Part shown: piece after piece, positions 40,201 through 50,113 of the stretch
How the letters are laid out: the number at the start of each line of letters is the position of its first letter
Numbering within the stretch: position 1 is the stretch's first letter
From: Candidatus Marinacidobacterales bacterium
Lineage (GTDB): Bacteria > Acidobacteriota > Vicinamibacteria > Marinacidobacterales > SMYC01
DNA: 64,000 nucleotides
Direction: 5' to 3'
NCBI GenBank assembly: GCA_965237955.1
Contig: OZ250169.1
Span: 5,440,001 to 5,504,000, forward strand
Notes under the pieces: generated by a model
What the model saw: only the letters and a program-made list of their open reading frames with translations
What the model was told of the DNA's origin: nothing
The model's database searches: none
Translations under genes and position numbers: made by a program

Positions 40201-40427
40201 TAACAGAGCACGGTTCAGACGAAGCTTTCTATGCAGGGATGACCCAAAGATTAGCTGTTTTGTACTCGGTTATCGTAGCGTCGGATCACAAGCCTATAGA
40301 TTCAGCCTATGAAAGATTTGAAGATTTGAAGAAAGTTTTATCTGTACATTTAGAGCAACTTAAGGAAATTTTCGAGGTCGACATCAAACAATTTAATGAT
40401 AGACTTTTGAAAAGTGGGATAGAATAA
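37278..40427 (+). CDS. Secreted VPS10/BNR-repeat glycosyl hydrolase-like protein
   Basis: Signal peptide, RLIGPHQGGR, many S/T-x-D-G-G-x-T/S-W Asp boxes and a C-terminal coiled coil. Confidence 0.93.
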   Translation: MIKGKMMRFKTFSKSTLLFTIFLAALLVIAIAEPVTTYAKNNDTSSNIVYDPDLYAAMKYRLIGPHQGGRATAVEGFPDKPFTFLMGTVGGGVWKTTDAGESWNNISDGYMNVSSMGAISAAPSDHNVIYVGTGSTGVRGCVSVGDGVYKSTDGGTTWKYIGLPEVGQVNVIRVHPDNPDLVYVTALGHIFGPNEERGIYRTKDGGQTWEKVLYVSEKTGAIDLVVSPDNPRELYAAMWRAERKPWTMISGGNEGGIYKTTDGGDTWAKLTNGIPEYPIGRIGLAISKANPDRVYALIEAAGWLGGLYRSDDRGEEFNLINPSKDLMARPWYYMHVDADPQNADIVWVNNELLSQSTDGGKTFTRVGTPHDDNHDMWINPDNPALMIQSNDGGVNITFNGGRTWSTQHNQPTAEHYTVAVDNQFPYRVYAPQQDNSTISIPSRIIDGPLTPTQTWYGVAGCETGPIAVDPRDPNIIYGGCKGRISRLNLRTGQERQIAVYPEGLQSMPNAEIKYRFQWESQILISPHNPDVIYHPSHLVHKTTNHGQSWEIISPDLTNFEQHRHLHEDLPGEPITHDQTAVEIYGVIFAFAESPLTEGELWAGSDDGLIHISQDGGRIWNNITPNGLALHSTVDKIVVSNHQPGRAFAAVHRYRMDDFTPYFYRTEDYGHSWKLSTSGIPAGHPLRSIAEDPDREGLVYAGTEFGLFVSFDNGDHWQSLQLNLPVTPVMDLQVHEKDLVVATMGRSIWILDDLTPLHQLTDEVANADIHLFKPRDAYRLRLNRGRAAASRSAENPPDGAMVFYYFKAVPEDEVILEVLESSGKVVKSSSSKDEDGLPVNRGMNRFVWNLRYPGPYVTKGVDEGRSRPIRGYLGEIAAVPGTYKVRLTVGEWSHTESLEVKKDPRLETTQAELQEQFDLMVEVRDKITETQKSVTKIMSVREQINNKAERAAKPDLKQLAESISEKLSIAERKLCITEHGSDEAFYAGMTQRLAVLYSVIVASDHKPIDSAYERFEDLKKVLSVHLEQLKEIFEVDIKQFNDRLLKSGIE

Positions 40428-40589
40428 ATTGAACGGCCAACGGTCGGAAGCTGTCTCGCCCATGGGGAGGCTGGTACCCCCCTTCAAATACGCTATCTGC
40501 GAAACGAAGCCAACGCCTGAACGAAAGGGGCGACGATCTAGCCCTCCTAGCAGTCATGTTGGCATCATCGGCCAAGTCTGCCACTCACC

Positions 40590-40947
40590 CACTGAACTTG
40601 ACAGCAATGGCACCGCCCGTGTGGGCGGAGGTCATCGGGGAGTGAACGAACTCCGTTCGTTCACTCGAAAGTACCGCGCCGAAGTCTCCCACCAGCCGAC
40701 ACGGCAACGCGAGCGCCAAATGCGAAGGTTCAAATCTCCAGGTCAAGCGCAACGATTCTTGTCAGTGCACGGGCTCGTCCGAAACCTCTTCCACGTCGGC
40801 CGTCACCTGTTGCGAGCTGACCATCATCGGAAGTTACGAGGTCGCGCTTTCCTCACTTCGGATGCAGTAACGATCGCCGCCTAACTCGAGCAGAGACCAC
40901 AATCCGACGGTACCGGCTCGCTCGAGTAACGCCAACTTGACAGTACC
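40590..40947 (+). pseudogene. IS6-family transposase C-terminal remnant and right end
   Basis: RAEVSHQPTRQRERQMRRFKSPGQAQRFLS and AACTTGACAGTACC end. Confidence 0.8.
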
Positions 40948-41226
40948 GTCGAGAGCGCATAACTTTTGGAGTTCAAGCGCTTTGAATGTGACAACTCGAA
41001 ATAGGCTGCGTATTCCGGGGCATCGTGAACGCAGATTCCAGCCGAAGGTGAACATCCATTCCAAAGCATCGTGAACACGGATTCCGGGGATCGTGAACAT
41101 CGATTCCGGGGAAGGTGAACACGGATTCCAGGCAACGTGAACGCCGGTTCCGGCATCGCGAACGCTCATCGATAGTACGTTTCAAGGCAACTCTAGGTCG
41201 TACCCGGAAGGAGGACGATCTAGGAA

Positions 41227-42798
41227 ATGGCAGCTAAGAGGTTATCGATGAGAAAAATACGAGAGGTTCTAAGGTTAAAGTACGAGCTGGGTTTTACTCA
41301 CCGCATGATCGCAAAGGCACTTCGCGTGGCGGTTGGAACGGTGAGTGAGTACCTGGCCAAGGCGAAGAAGGGTGGTCTGAGCTGGCCGCTCCCGGAGGAG
41401 CTGAGCGACGGGGAGCTGAGCGACGGGGAGCTGGAGGCAGGGCTGTTTCCGCCGCCGGGCTCGTCTGGCGCACGGCCGGGTCTGGACTATGCCCACATCC
41501 ACGAGGAGCTGAGGCGTCACCGAGAGCTGACGTTGCTGCAGCTGTGGGTGGAGTACGCGGAGAATAAGCCGGGAGCGTACGGCTACAGCCGTTATTGCGA
41601 GCTGTACGGTCAGTGGAAGAAGAAGCTGAACCCGACGATGCGTCAACGGCATCGAGCAGGCGAGAAGACATTCGTCGATTTTTCGGGGAAGAAGCCTCAC
41701 ATCGTCGATCCGAAAACGGGAGAGCTCGTCGAAATGGAGCTGTTCGTCGGGACGTTGGGCGCGAGCAGTTACACCTACGTCGAAGCGACACTGAACCAGT
41801 CGCTGGAATCGTGGGCGAAGGCCCATAAGGGGATGTCGGATTACTTCGGTGGCAGTACGGAGATCTGGGTTCCGGACAACTTGAAGAGCGGCGTGGATTT
41901 GGTGGACCGTTACGAGCCAGGGATCAACCGGACGTACGAAGAGCTGGCGACGCATTACGGTGCGGTTGTGGTCCCGGCTCGGGTGTTCAAGCCGAAAGAC
42001 AAAGCGAAGGTGGAGTCGGCAGTGCAGGTGGCGCAGCGCTGGATCCTGGCGGTGCTTCGTCATCGCACGTTCTTCAGCCTGGCGGAACTGAACGAAGCCA
42101 TCTGGGAGAAGTTAGAGGTCCTGAATGCGCGTCCGATGCAGAAGCTCGGTGTGAGTCGGCGGGAGTTGTACGAAAGGCTAGACCGGCCCGTACTGAAACC
42201 GCTACCGCAGGAGAGCTACGAGTTATCGACGTGGAAGCGGTGCAGAGTGAACATCGACTACCACGTGGAGGTGGAGAACAACTTGTACAGCGTTCCCTAT
42301 CAGCTCATTCACGAGAAAGTCGAGGCACGGGTGACGGCCTCGGTGGTGGAGGTCCTGTTCAAGGGAAAGCGCGTCGCGTCGCATCCCCGCAAGAAAGGAA
42401 AGGGGCACTACTCCACGAACCCGGAGCATATGCCACGTTCGCATCGGGAGCACCTGGAGTGGACGCCGTCGCGGCTGCTCCACTGGGCGGAGCAGTCAGG
42501 TCGCGCCACGGGAAGGCTGGTTGCGGGGATTCTAGAGAGTCGGCCTCACCCGGAGCAGGGATTTCGCTCTTGCCTGGGAGTCATGCGACTAGGCAGCCGC
42601 TGGGGCAGTGAGCGTCTCGAGGCCGCTTGCGCACGAGCGGAAGCTTTGAGCTCTTACAGCTATCGCACGGTGAAAAACATTCTCTCGGCTGGTCTGGATC
42701 GTGTGGTGCTCGAATCGGACGCCGAAGCGAAACCGCGAGAGGAGCACGAGAACATCCGAGGCGCGGATCACTACGAAGGAGGAGAGTCCCGATGCTGA
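41227..42798 (+). CDS. istA: IS21 transposase
   Basis: As copy 1, plus a 5-aa duplication ELSDG. Confidence 0.95.
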   Translation: MAAKRLSMRKIREVLRLKYELGFTHRMIAKALRVAVGTVSEYLAKAKKGGLSWPLPEELSDGELSDGELEAGLFPPPGSSGARPGLDYAHIHEELRRHRELTLLQLWVEYAENKPGAYGYSRYCELYGQWKKKLNPTMRQRHRAGEKTFVDFSGKKPHIVDPKTGELVEMELFVGTLGASSYTYVEATLNQSLESWAKAHKGMSDYFGGSTEIWVPDNLKSGVDLVDRYEPGINRTYEELATHYGAVVVPARVFKPKDKAKVESAVQVAQRWILAVLRHRTFFSLAELNEAIWEKLEVLNARPMQKLGVSRRELYERLDRPVLKPLPQESYELSTWKRCRVNIDYHVEVENNLYSVPYQLIHEKVEARVTASVVEVLFKGKRVASHPRKKGKGHYSTNPEHMPRSHREHLEWTPSRLLHWAEQSGRATGRLVAGILESRPHPEQGFRSCLGVMRLGSRWGSERLEAACARAEALSSYSYRTVKNILSAGLDRVVLESDAEAKPREEHENIRGADHYEGGESRC

Positions 42799-43550
42799 CA
42801 CCCGAAACGATAGAAAAGATAAACGCCATGAAGTTGTTCGGCTTGGTGTCCGCGTTCGAAACCCAGTTGAGCTCGAGCGAATACAAGGAGCTGAGCTTCG
42901 AGGAACGTGTGGGACTCCTGGTCGATGCCGAGTGGACCGCCCGCGAACAGCGTAAGCTTTCTCGACGACTGCGAGCGGCAAAGCTCCGCTATCCGGCATG
43001 TTTGGAGAACGTGAACTTCCAAGCGCCTCGAGGCTTAAACCGCGAACAGATCTTGAGCCTGGGCAACTGCCGCTTTGTCGGTGAGCGCCATAACCTGCTC
43101 ATCACCGGCCCGACGGGGATTGGCAAATCGTTCTTGGCTTGCGCCTTCGTGGAGCGGGCCTGTCGTCGCGGCTTCACCGGATGCTACGTGCGAGCACCGC
43201 GCTTGCTCCACGAGCTCGCGGTCGCTCGTGGTGATGGTTCCTACGCCCGGCTTTTGACGAAACTCGCCAAGCTGGACTTACTGGCTATCGATGATTGGCT
43301 GCTTCACCCGCTGAAAGAATCGGAGAGACGGGATCTAATGGAGGTCATCGAAGACCGCGCCGAGCGTGGCTCCACACTCATCGCGACCCAGATTCCGCTC
43401 AAGCAGTGGCACGAAGCGATTGGCGACCCAAACCAGGCAGACGCTATCTGCGATCGCATTCTCCACAGCGCGCACCGCATCACTCTCAAAGGAGCTTCTC
43501 TGAGAAAGACCAAGGCTGCGCCAAAGGCATTTGACAACGCCGATGCATGA
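42792..43550 (+). CDS. istB: IS21 helper ATPase
   Basis: Walker A/B; the protein is identical to copy 1. Confidence 0.95.
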   Translation: MLTPETIEKINAMKLFGLVSAFETQLSSSEYKELSFEERVGLLVDAEWTAREQRKLSRRLRAAKLRYPACLENVNFQAPRGLNREQILSLGNCRFVGERHNLLITGPTGIGKSFLACAFVERACRRGFTGCYVRAPRLLHELAVARGDGSYARLLTKLAKLDLLAIDDWLLHPLKESERRDLMEVIEDRAERGSTLIATQIPLKQWHEAIGDPNQADAICDRILHSAHRITLKGASLRKTKAAPKAFDNADA

Positions 43551-44011
43551 GCGAGCGAGGGACCACAGCGTCGATGCGATAAAAACGGGTGAAACCGCCA
43601 AACCCGGGGTACCAGACGATGCGGCGCCAAAACGACGCGCGAGAATGCCTCAGGAAGCGTCTTCTCGAGCCAGGCCATACCCCAGCAACCCCCCGAAACC
43701 AGCCCCACATCGCCCGGGGTTCGGCCGCGGCAGGTCGCTGCCTACGGGAGCGGGAAGGTCGCTTCGCGTCTTTCCTTACGCCCGCTCCCTCCGGCACCGA
43801 CCTGCCGCCCCTTGCTACACAACACGCAGGTAAGATAGGTTCACGTTTTCAATCAGTGGAAAGGAGGTCACCCAACACTTCATCGCTTCGATGAGCGTTC
43901 GGCTTCACCGGATTCGCTGTTCAGCTTGCTCTGGATTCGGCGTTCACGATGGCTGGAATACGCAATAGGCTGACTTCCTTAGTTACAAATTGCTAACGCC
44001 CCAACTAATAT

Positions 44012-44959
44012 ATGGGACCAAACACTATGAACCTCGGAAAGATTTCTTGGCGTGGCAGTTTTGCGGCTGTCGTCACACCCTTTGATATTGAAGGCCGCAT
44101 TGACGAGCAACTGTTCGAAGAAAATCTAACCCTTCTTTTGTTGGAGGGAGCGCGCGGTTTTTTGATTTGTGGGTCGACGGGCGAAAGCTGGTCACTTGAT
44201 GTTGACGAGAAAATACGCCTTTTTAATTTGGCAAAGTCGCTTGTCGGATCACGCGTGCCACTCATTGGCGGGACTGGTGAGATAAGAACCGACCGCGTAA
44301 TTGAAGCGTCACTTGGTGCCAAGGCTGCAGGTCTCGATGCGGTTTTGATTATTCCGCCCTACTATGCAGAGTCGTCACGCGAGGCAATAGTAAATCACTA
44401 CCGCCGAATTTCCGACGCTGTTCAAATGCCGATTGTAGTTTACAACCATCCGCACACGAGTGGCGTTAATCTGGATGAATCGATTCTACCGGACCTCATC
44501 GCCCTGGAGTGGGTCGTGGCCACGAAAGAAAGCGCGGGCGATTTTAATCAACTGGCCCGTCTGCATATTGCTTACGGTGACCAAATCGACATACTGACCG
44601 GTTATTCTGGACGCCATGGGTGCTTCGCCGCGCTCATTGGTAGCCCGGTCTTTGTTGGCGCGATGGAAACTCAGGTTCTAGGCGCCGAAGGTTTTTCCCT
44701 GTTTGATCTCGTGGAAAGCGGCGACATAGCTGGTGCCGTCGCAGTTCAGAAACGATGTATTGAACTTGGTCAAATTGGAAAAATCGGTTCGTCCCCGGCT
44801 AATATAAAGGCAGCGATGAATCTTCTCGGCCGTCCTGGCGGGCACTGCCGCAATCCGATCGATGATCTAACCCCGTTGGAAATTGCAGAGGTACGGATTG
44901 TGCTTGAAAAACTCGGACTATTCAGGAGTTCTGCTTGTAAACTTGAGCAGAATTCTTAG
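44012..44959 (+). CDS. Dihydrodipicolinate synthase/NAL-family aldolase
   Basis: VVTPFD, GSTGE, IPPYY, VYNHP and the KES Schiff-base Lys. Confidence 0.9.
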   Translation: MGPNTMNLGKISWRGSFAAVVTPFDIEGRIDEQLFEENLTLLLLEGARGFLICGSTGESWSLDVDEKIRLFNLAKSLVGSRVPLIGGTGEIRTDRVIEASLGAKAAGLDAVLIIPPYYAESSREAIVNHYRRISDAVQMPIVVYNHPHTSGVNLDESILPDLIALEWVVATKESAGDFNQLARLHIAYGDQIDILTGYSGRHGCFAALIGSPVFVGAMETQVLGAEGFSLFDLVESGDIAGAVAVQKRCIELGQIGKIGSSPANIKAAMNLLGRPGGHCRNPIDDLTPLEIAEVRIVLEKLGLFRSSACKLEQNS

Positions 44960-44970
44960 TCACTCTGGCA

Positions 44971-46084
44971 GGCGTTGGTGCACGAATAGCTCTTGACTCC
45001 GGCAAGCGCTTCGACTCAGCTTCTCGATACATTGAAGATCGAGGAGATGAGCCGATGGCCGTGCGCAAGTCCACCAGAGTGAACCGTAAATACAAGACAA
45101 AGTATCGCGTGACCAACTGGCGGGAGTACGAGCGTGGCCTCAGGAGCCGTGGCGACATCACCGTTTGGTTCTCAGACGAGGCGCGCGAAGCGTGGACACC
45201 ACCGAAGAACGGCCGCCCGGGTGGCCAGCCGCGCTACTCGAATCTGGCAATCGTGACGGCGTTGACGTTGCGCATGGTCTTTCACCTTCCGCTCCGACAG
45301 ACCGAGGGATTCCTCAACTCGTTGTTGCGGTTGATGGAGCTCGACCTGAAAGCACCGGACCACACCACGCTGTCGCGGCGGAACAAAGACGTCGACGTGC
45401 CTTCACCTAGCAGGGTGCTTGATGGCCCGATACATCTGATCGTCGATTCCACTGGACTGAAAATCTCGGGTGCCGGTGAGTGGCACGCCCACAGGCACAA
45501 GAGCTCGAAGGCGCGTCGACAATGGCGGAAGCTGCACGTCGGCGTGGATGACGACGGCTTCATCGTGGCGGCGAAGCTCACGAAGAGCAGCGAGGACGAT
45601 CCGTCCACTGTCCCGTGTCTGCTCGAACAGGTCGACTCTCCGATCCGACGTTTCACAGCCGATGGGGCCTACGATACTCGGTCAGTGTACGAGCTGCTCG
45701 GTGAGGCCGGCACCGCGGACATCAAGATCGTGATCCCACCTCGACGAGGGGCGGTGCCTTCGGACGGCGCCGAGGGCACGTGGGCGCAGCGGAACGCGAC
45801 CCTCGAGACGATTCGCAAAGTCGGGCGCCAAGGCTGGCAGCGGGAGTCACGGTATCGACGACAGGGCGCGGTCGAGAATCTTTTCTTCAGGTACAAGCGC
45901 ACGCTCGGAAACAGCCTTCGTGCGCGAGGCTACGAATCGCAGAAGCGGGAGGCAGGGATCGGGTGCAATGTATTGAACCGGATGGCTGAGCTGGGCAAGC
46001 CTGAATCCCAAGCGATCGTCGGGGGGTAAGTTGGGCCGCCAAAAGGTCCCGTGCGTGTCCCGAACTGATTCATGCACCAACGCC
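44971..46084 (+). mobile_element. IS5-family (IS903-like) element with intact transposase 45055-46029
   Basis: GGCGTTGGTGCA / TGCACCAACGCC IRs. NWREYERGL..RG, LPLRQTEG, PDHTTLSRR, DSTG, WRKLH and ADGAYD. Confidence 0.95.
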
Positions 46085-46626
46085 GGTCCACAGTCCACCG
46101 AACGCTCTTGTATCAATATGGAAGAGAGACCTGGCAACTCTCGCTCGACGAAGAAGTCGTGAAACCGTTCATGACCCACGAAGGGGCTACGGTGCGAGAG
46201 GCAAGGTTCTCGCCAGACGAGCGCTTCGTCGCCTACCGGTCAGACGAGACCGGCCGGGACGAAGTCTATGTCGTGCCGTATCCGGGCCCGGGTGGTAAAT
46301 CGCAGATCTCGACGGACGGTGGCGCGCAGCTGATGTGGGCACCCTCGGGGGGAGAGCTTTTCTACAGTAGTGGCGACTGCATGATGGTCGTCTCCGTCGA
46401 GACCGAGCCGACGTTCGAACCGGGCACTCCGCGCGTTCTCTTCGAGACGCCTCTTCCCGAAAGTACGCCCGGCGATCCCTCCCGCTATGGCGTGAGCGCG
46501 GACGGCCAACGATTTTTGATTATCGCCCCAGCCCCAAACTCTGATACCGGAGATGAGGCCGCGGAAATCCACGTGATCGTGAACTTTTTCGAAGAGCTGG
46601 AGCGCCTGTCGCCGGCAGGGAACTAA
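46085..46626 (+). pseudogene. C-terminal PD40/TolB-like repeats of a kinase-type protein, 5'-truncated
   Basis: FSPDERFVAYRSDETGRDEVYV.PYPGPGGK.QISTDGG and YGVSADGQRFL. Confidence 0.8.
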
Positions 46627-46660
46627 CGGCCTCTCCCTGTTCACGTTGTCCACGAGATTT

Positions 46661-46951
46661 ATGAAGAACACGTGGTCGTGGGCCGTCCTTCTCTCTCTCG
46701 TTAGCCTCGCGGTGGCAGCGTCGGCGTTTTCCCTCGCAAATTTTGGAGCACCCGCGTGGGTCTTTGTGCTGCTATTGGGCTGGATGCTCACGGTCGGGCT
46801 CCCGACGTCGGTCGCGATTGTCGTGACGGCGTTCTTTTGGGCCGGTGTTTCACTGCCCGCGTTTCTGGCGACGGTCGCGACGGTCGCATTGGTTCTTCAG
46901 CTTGGCGCCCTCCGCCTCGTTCAACGCAGAATTCTGGAACGGCGCGTATGA
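46661..46951 (+). CDS. Small membrane protein
   Basis: Three hydrophobic segments. ATGA overlap with the next gene. Confidence 0.6.
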   Translation: MKNTWSWAVLLSLVSLAVAASAFSLANFGAPAWVFVLLLGWMLTVGLPTSVAIVVTAFFWAGVSLPAFLATVATVALVLQLGALRLVQRRILERRV

Positions 46952-47997
46952 AACTGGCGCGCCGAGACTTTCTTGCGATTGCCGCGCTCGGCGTCGCGGG
47001 GTGCTCGTCCCGGCCAGTCGCACAGCCGCGTGGTCCGATGGTCGATTTCCACGTGCATCTCATGGGAGTCGGGGACGGCGGCACCGGGTGTTTCTTGTCG
47101 CCCGCGCAGAGAGAGCACAGGAACTATCGCTTCCTGCTGACGCTCCTCGGTCTCTCCGAGAACGGGCGCATGGACCAGGACTACGTCGAGGTTCTCGTCC
47201 GTCAACTTCGCGCTTCTTCGATCGCGAAAGCGGTATTGGTTGGCCAGGACAAACGCTACGACGACAACGGGTACGCGGATGACGAGGCAACCGCGTTCTA
47301 CGTTCCGAACGACTACGTGTTCCAAACCGTTCGCCAACATCCGGAGCTTTTCGTTCCCTGTGTATCGATCAACCCGAAACGCCGTGACGCGATGGATGAG
47401 CTCGAGAAATGCGCATCGGACGGCGCGCGCGTGCTCAAGATCCACCCGCCCATCCAGGACGTGGACGCTGCCGACGAGCGCTTCCGGCCGTTCTATCGAC
47501 GCGTCGCGGAGCTCGATATCGTTCTCATGATCCACACCGGCGCGGAGCATTCCTCCGTGGTCGTCAATCACGAGTTGAGCGATCCCGCTAGGCTCGTACC
47601 GGCGCTCGAAGAAGGTTGTACCGTCGTCGCCGCGCACTCGGGCATGAACGCGGTCTTCGACGATACGTCGAGCTTCCGGGATTTCCTACCGAATCTGGTT
47701 GCACTCGCCGAGCGCTTCCCGAACCTGTATTGCGACACCGCCGTCCTCGCTTCGATGTTCCGCTGGCGCAACATTCCGCAGCTCCTCGAGAAGGAGGTTC
47801 TCGCCGAGCGCCTCGTGCACGCAAGCGATTTCCCGTTCCCCGCGAACGCGCTCGTCTTCTGGAACCGGTTATCGCCAGCGCAAACACTTCGCCTCTGCAG
47901 CGAGACCAACCTTTTCGAGAGAGACTACCGGATCAAACACGGACTTCGAGTTCCGGTGGCGGCGTTCGAGCGTGGCGCAGGGCTTCTTGGGCTATGA
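46948..47997 (+). CDS. Amidohydrolase-family Tat lipoprotein
   Basis: RRDFL..AGC, DFHVH, LKIHP, IHTG, AAHSG and HASDFP. Confidence 0.88.
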   Translation: MKLARRDFLAIAALGVAGCSSRPVAQPRGPMVDFHVHLMGVGDGGTGCFLSPAQREHRNYRFLLTLLGLSENGRMDQDYVEVLVRQLRASSIAKAVLVGQDKRYDDNGYADDEATAFYVPNDYVFQTVRQHPELFVPCVSINPKRRDAMDELEKCASDGARVLKIHPPIQDVDAADERFRPFYRRVAELDIVLMIHTGAEHSSVVVNHELSDPARLVPALEEGCTVVAAHSGMNAVFDDTSSFRDFLPNLVALAERFPNLYCDTAVLASMFRWRNIPQLLEKEVLAERLVHASDFPFPANALVFWNRLSPAQTLRLCSETNLFERDYRIKHGLRVPVAAFERGAGLLGL

Positions 47998-48626
47998 GGC
48001 ACACAATACTCGCTATCTGCATCGTACTTGCGAGCGGCTGCTCGCCTTCGGAATCTTCGTTGAAGACCTACAACGTACGCGACGTCAGCGACGCGGACGT
48101 CGTGGTCGACGGAACCATCGAAGAGCCCGCCTGGACCGACGCTGAGCTCGAGACAGAGTTCAGCTTTTCCCGGCAGGAGCGCGAGGCGCCCGCGACCGAG
48201 TTTCGTGCGCTGACCGACGACTCGTATTTCTACTTCGCGTTCCGCGTGGAAGACGCCGATATCGTCGTCGACGACGGTGACGACGAAGAAGCCGTTGCTC
48301 GAGGCGATCGGGTCGAGCTCTTCTTCGCGCCGAATTCGGCGCTCGACGACTATGTTTGCTTCGAGATCGACCCGAGCGGTCGGGGTTTGGATTATCGCGC
48401 TTCTTACTATCGCGAGCTCGATTTCGATTCGGATCTACCGGAGCTCGTCGTCGCGGCGACGCTCACGGAGACGGGCTACATCGTTGAAGGGCGCATCCCG
48501 CAGGCGGCGTTTCGCGACGCCGGGCTACCGACGTTAGCTGCCGAGTGGATCAGCTGGGTGACGCCAAGCTCCGAGGAGCCGGACTTTCATATTCCGTCGG
48601 CATTCGGATGGTTCCAAACACGCTGA
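47994..48626 (+). CDS. CBM9-like sugar-binding lipoprotein
   Basis: LASGC lipobox, VDGTIEEPAW, YFAFRVED, DRVELFF and PDFHIPSAFG. Confidence 0.75.
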   Translation: MRHTILAICIVLASGCSPSESSLKTYNVRDVSDADVVVDGTIEEPAWTDAELETEFSFSRQEREAPATEFRALTDDSYFYFAFRVEDADIVVDDGDDEEAVARGDRVELFFAPNSALDDYVCFEIDPSGRGLDYRASYYRELDFDSDLPELVVAATLTETGYIVEGRIPQAAFRDAGLPTLAAEWISWVTPSSEEPDFHIPSAFGWFQTR

Positions 48627-48633
48627 TAACGTT

Positions 48634-49612
48634 TCAGTGCTGGCAGCGGATCACGGCTTCCCAATATTCTGTTGACAGGGTGCGAGCGTCAGCCACGTCC
48701 CTATCGTTGTCGGGAAACTGATTTTCTCGGCGGTCGTTGCAGTAGCAAACGCATCGACAGCTTTTCCCGTTCCGAGAAGCTCTCGACGGTTCCGCGCCGT
48801 CGGAAGGTGTTCATGATGTCTTTTGTCCCGTTCGTGTGGGTGAAGCCGAACAAGTGCCCGAGCTCGTGCGGGGTGGTGGATGTGCGGACCCGTTCGATGG
48901 AGTCGAAGGTCGCCGTGCCGCCGATGATGGCAAAACCCCTGAACCTCCATCGCGCCTCGCCAACCGCGTCGACGAGCACGTTCGGGTCGATGAGGAACTC
49001 GAAGACCACGGCGCCGGGCGGCGCTTCGTCGGCGACGATCATACGCATCTCGCCGCGCGTGGCGTCGTTAATGTCGTCAGCCGCGGCATTGATGATGCTC
49101 ATCGCGCGGGAGTCGCGCCGGATTTGTTCCGTGGGCACGACGTAGGCTTCCGAAACGCCCGGGTCGATGCGTATCGACCCGCGTAGGGTGCCGTCGATCC
49201 CTCCATAGACGAGGTCGCGGGTGACGGTCTCGTTGAGCCCGTTCTCGTGCTCGCGTGGCCACAACCTGAACCGTGTCTCGCCGGCATTGCGCAGGAGTGT
49301 CCGGCGCTCCAGAAAACCTTCGGCGGTGATGCCGAGATTCACATTGGCATTGACTCCGGTGGTGAGCGTCACGCGCCCGCGGCCGTTCGTTTGGTAGGTC
49401 GTCCCCGCGACCACGACCTTGGCGTTCGCCACCGGCGCCGCGCCCGCGCCCGAGACGATTTGCAGCACCGTTCCCTCGGGAAACGCACTTGCGGGAACGA
49501 GCGGGCTCGTGACCGTGGACGTCGGGCTCGGGCTCGTCGTAGGGCCGTCGTCGCCGCACCCCGCCATCGCGACGACGAGGAGTCCCATGACGACTTTTCG
49601 TAGAATCGACAT
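48634..49612 (-). CDS. Metzincin (matrixin-like) lipoprotein; frameshift near the C-terminus
   Basis: MAGC lipobox, S/T/P linker, HELGHLFGFTH and DIM Met-turn. The tail NQFPDNDR...RCQH is in another frame. Confidence 0.75.
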
Positions 49613-50113
49613 GAATGTGTTCATATCGTAAATACCGTTCACCTGCAACGTCGGGACGATCACAGTGGCACAGTGGCACAGTGGCGACCCAGGGTGTGGT
49701 ATGGAGGGGCCGTTACCACTAGGGGGGGAGGAGACATGTCCTGCATAGCTTTTCTTGGTTTGTTGCTGGTGGTTCCGCACGCGTCCGCTCAAGAGCTGCC
49801 CCTCGTCCGCGGTGTCGAGGGGCAGCCCTTGGTGGCGCAGGTGATGCGCCTCAAAGAAGCACTTGCCGTTGCGGATCGGCCGCTGCATGTTCTTGGGAAG
49901 AACGATCTGGTCCCTGCAAATCCGCTGACCCAGAGGATTGTAAACACGAAGAAACTTTTCCAGAAGCAGGAGTGCTACGACCGTGCTTCCGAAAAGAGCG
50001 AGGAGCTTGAAGGCTAAGACACGCAAGACTAGGGAGATTCTAGATAGTCTCGCGCCTCGAGTCGAATTTGCGAAGGCGCAGGGGCGAGCGTCCGCCCGCC
50101 CCTGCTGACGAAG

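Larger units (their letters stand above)
41007..43964 (+). mobile_element. IS21-family element, copy 2
   Basis: Near-identical to 9003-11945 in inverted orientation. 6-bp TSD ATAGGC (41001-41006, 43965-43970). Confidence 0.97.

Noticed and set aside
9003-43964. IS21 pair as one composite transposon
   Set aside because: Copy 2 has its own TSD on both sides, so it inserted independently.
19358-46084. Inverted IS5 pair as a composite transposon or inversion
   Set aside because: No matching duplication in any flank combination, and the copies are diverged.
48701-50026. 441-aa ORF as a single protein
   Set aside because: The first ~135 aa read through unrelated fragments, and the lipoprotein signal begins near 49612.
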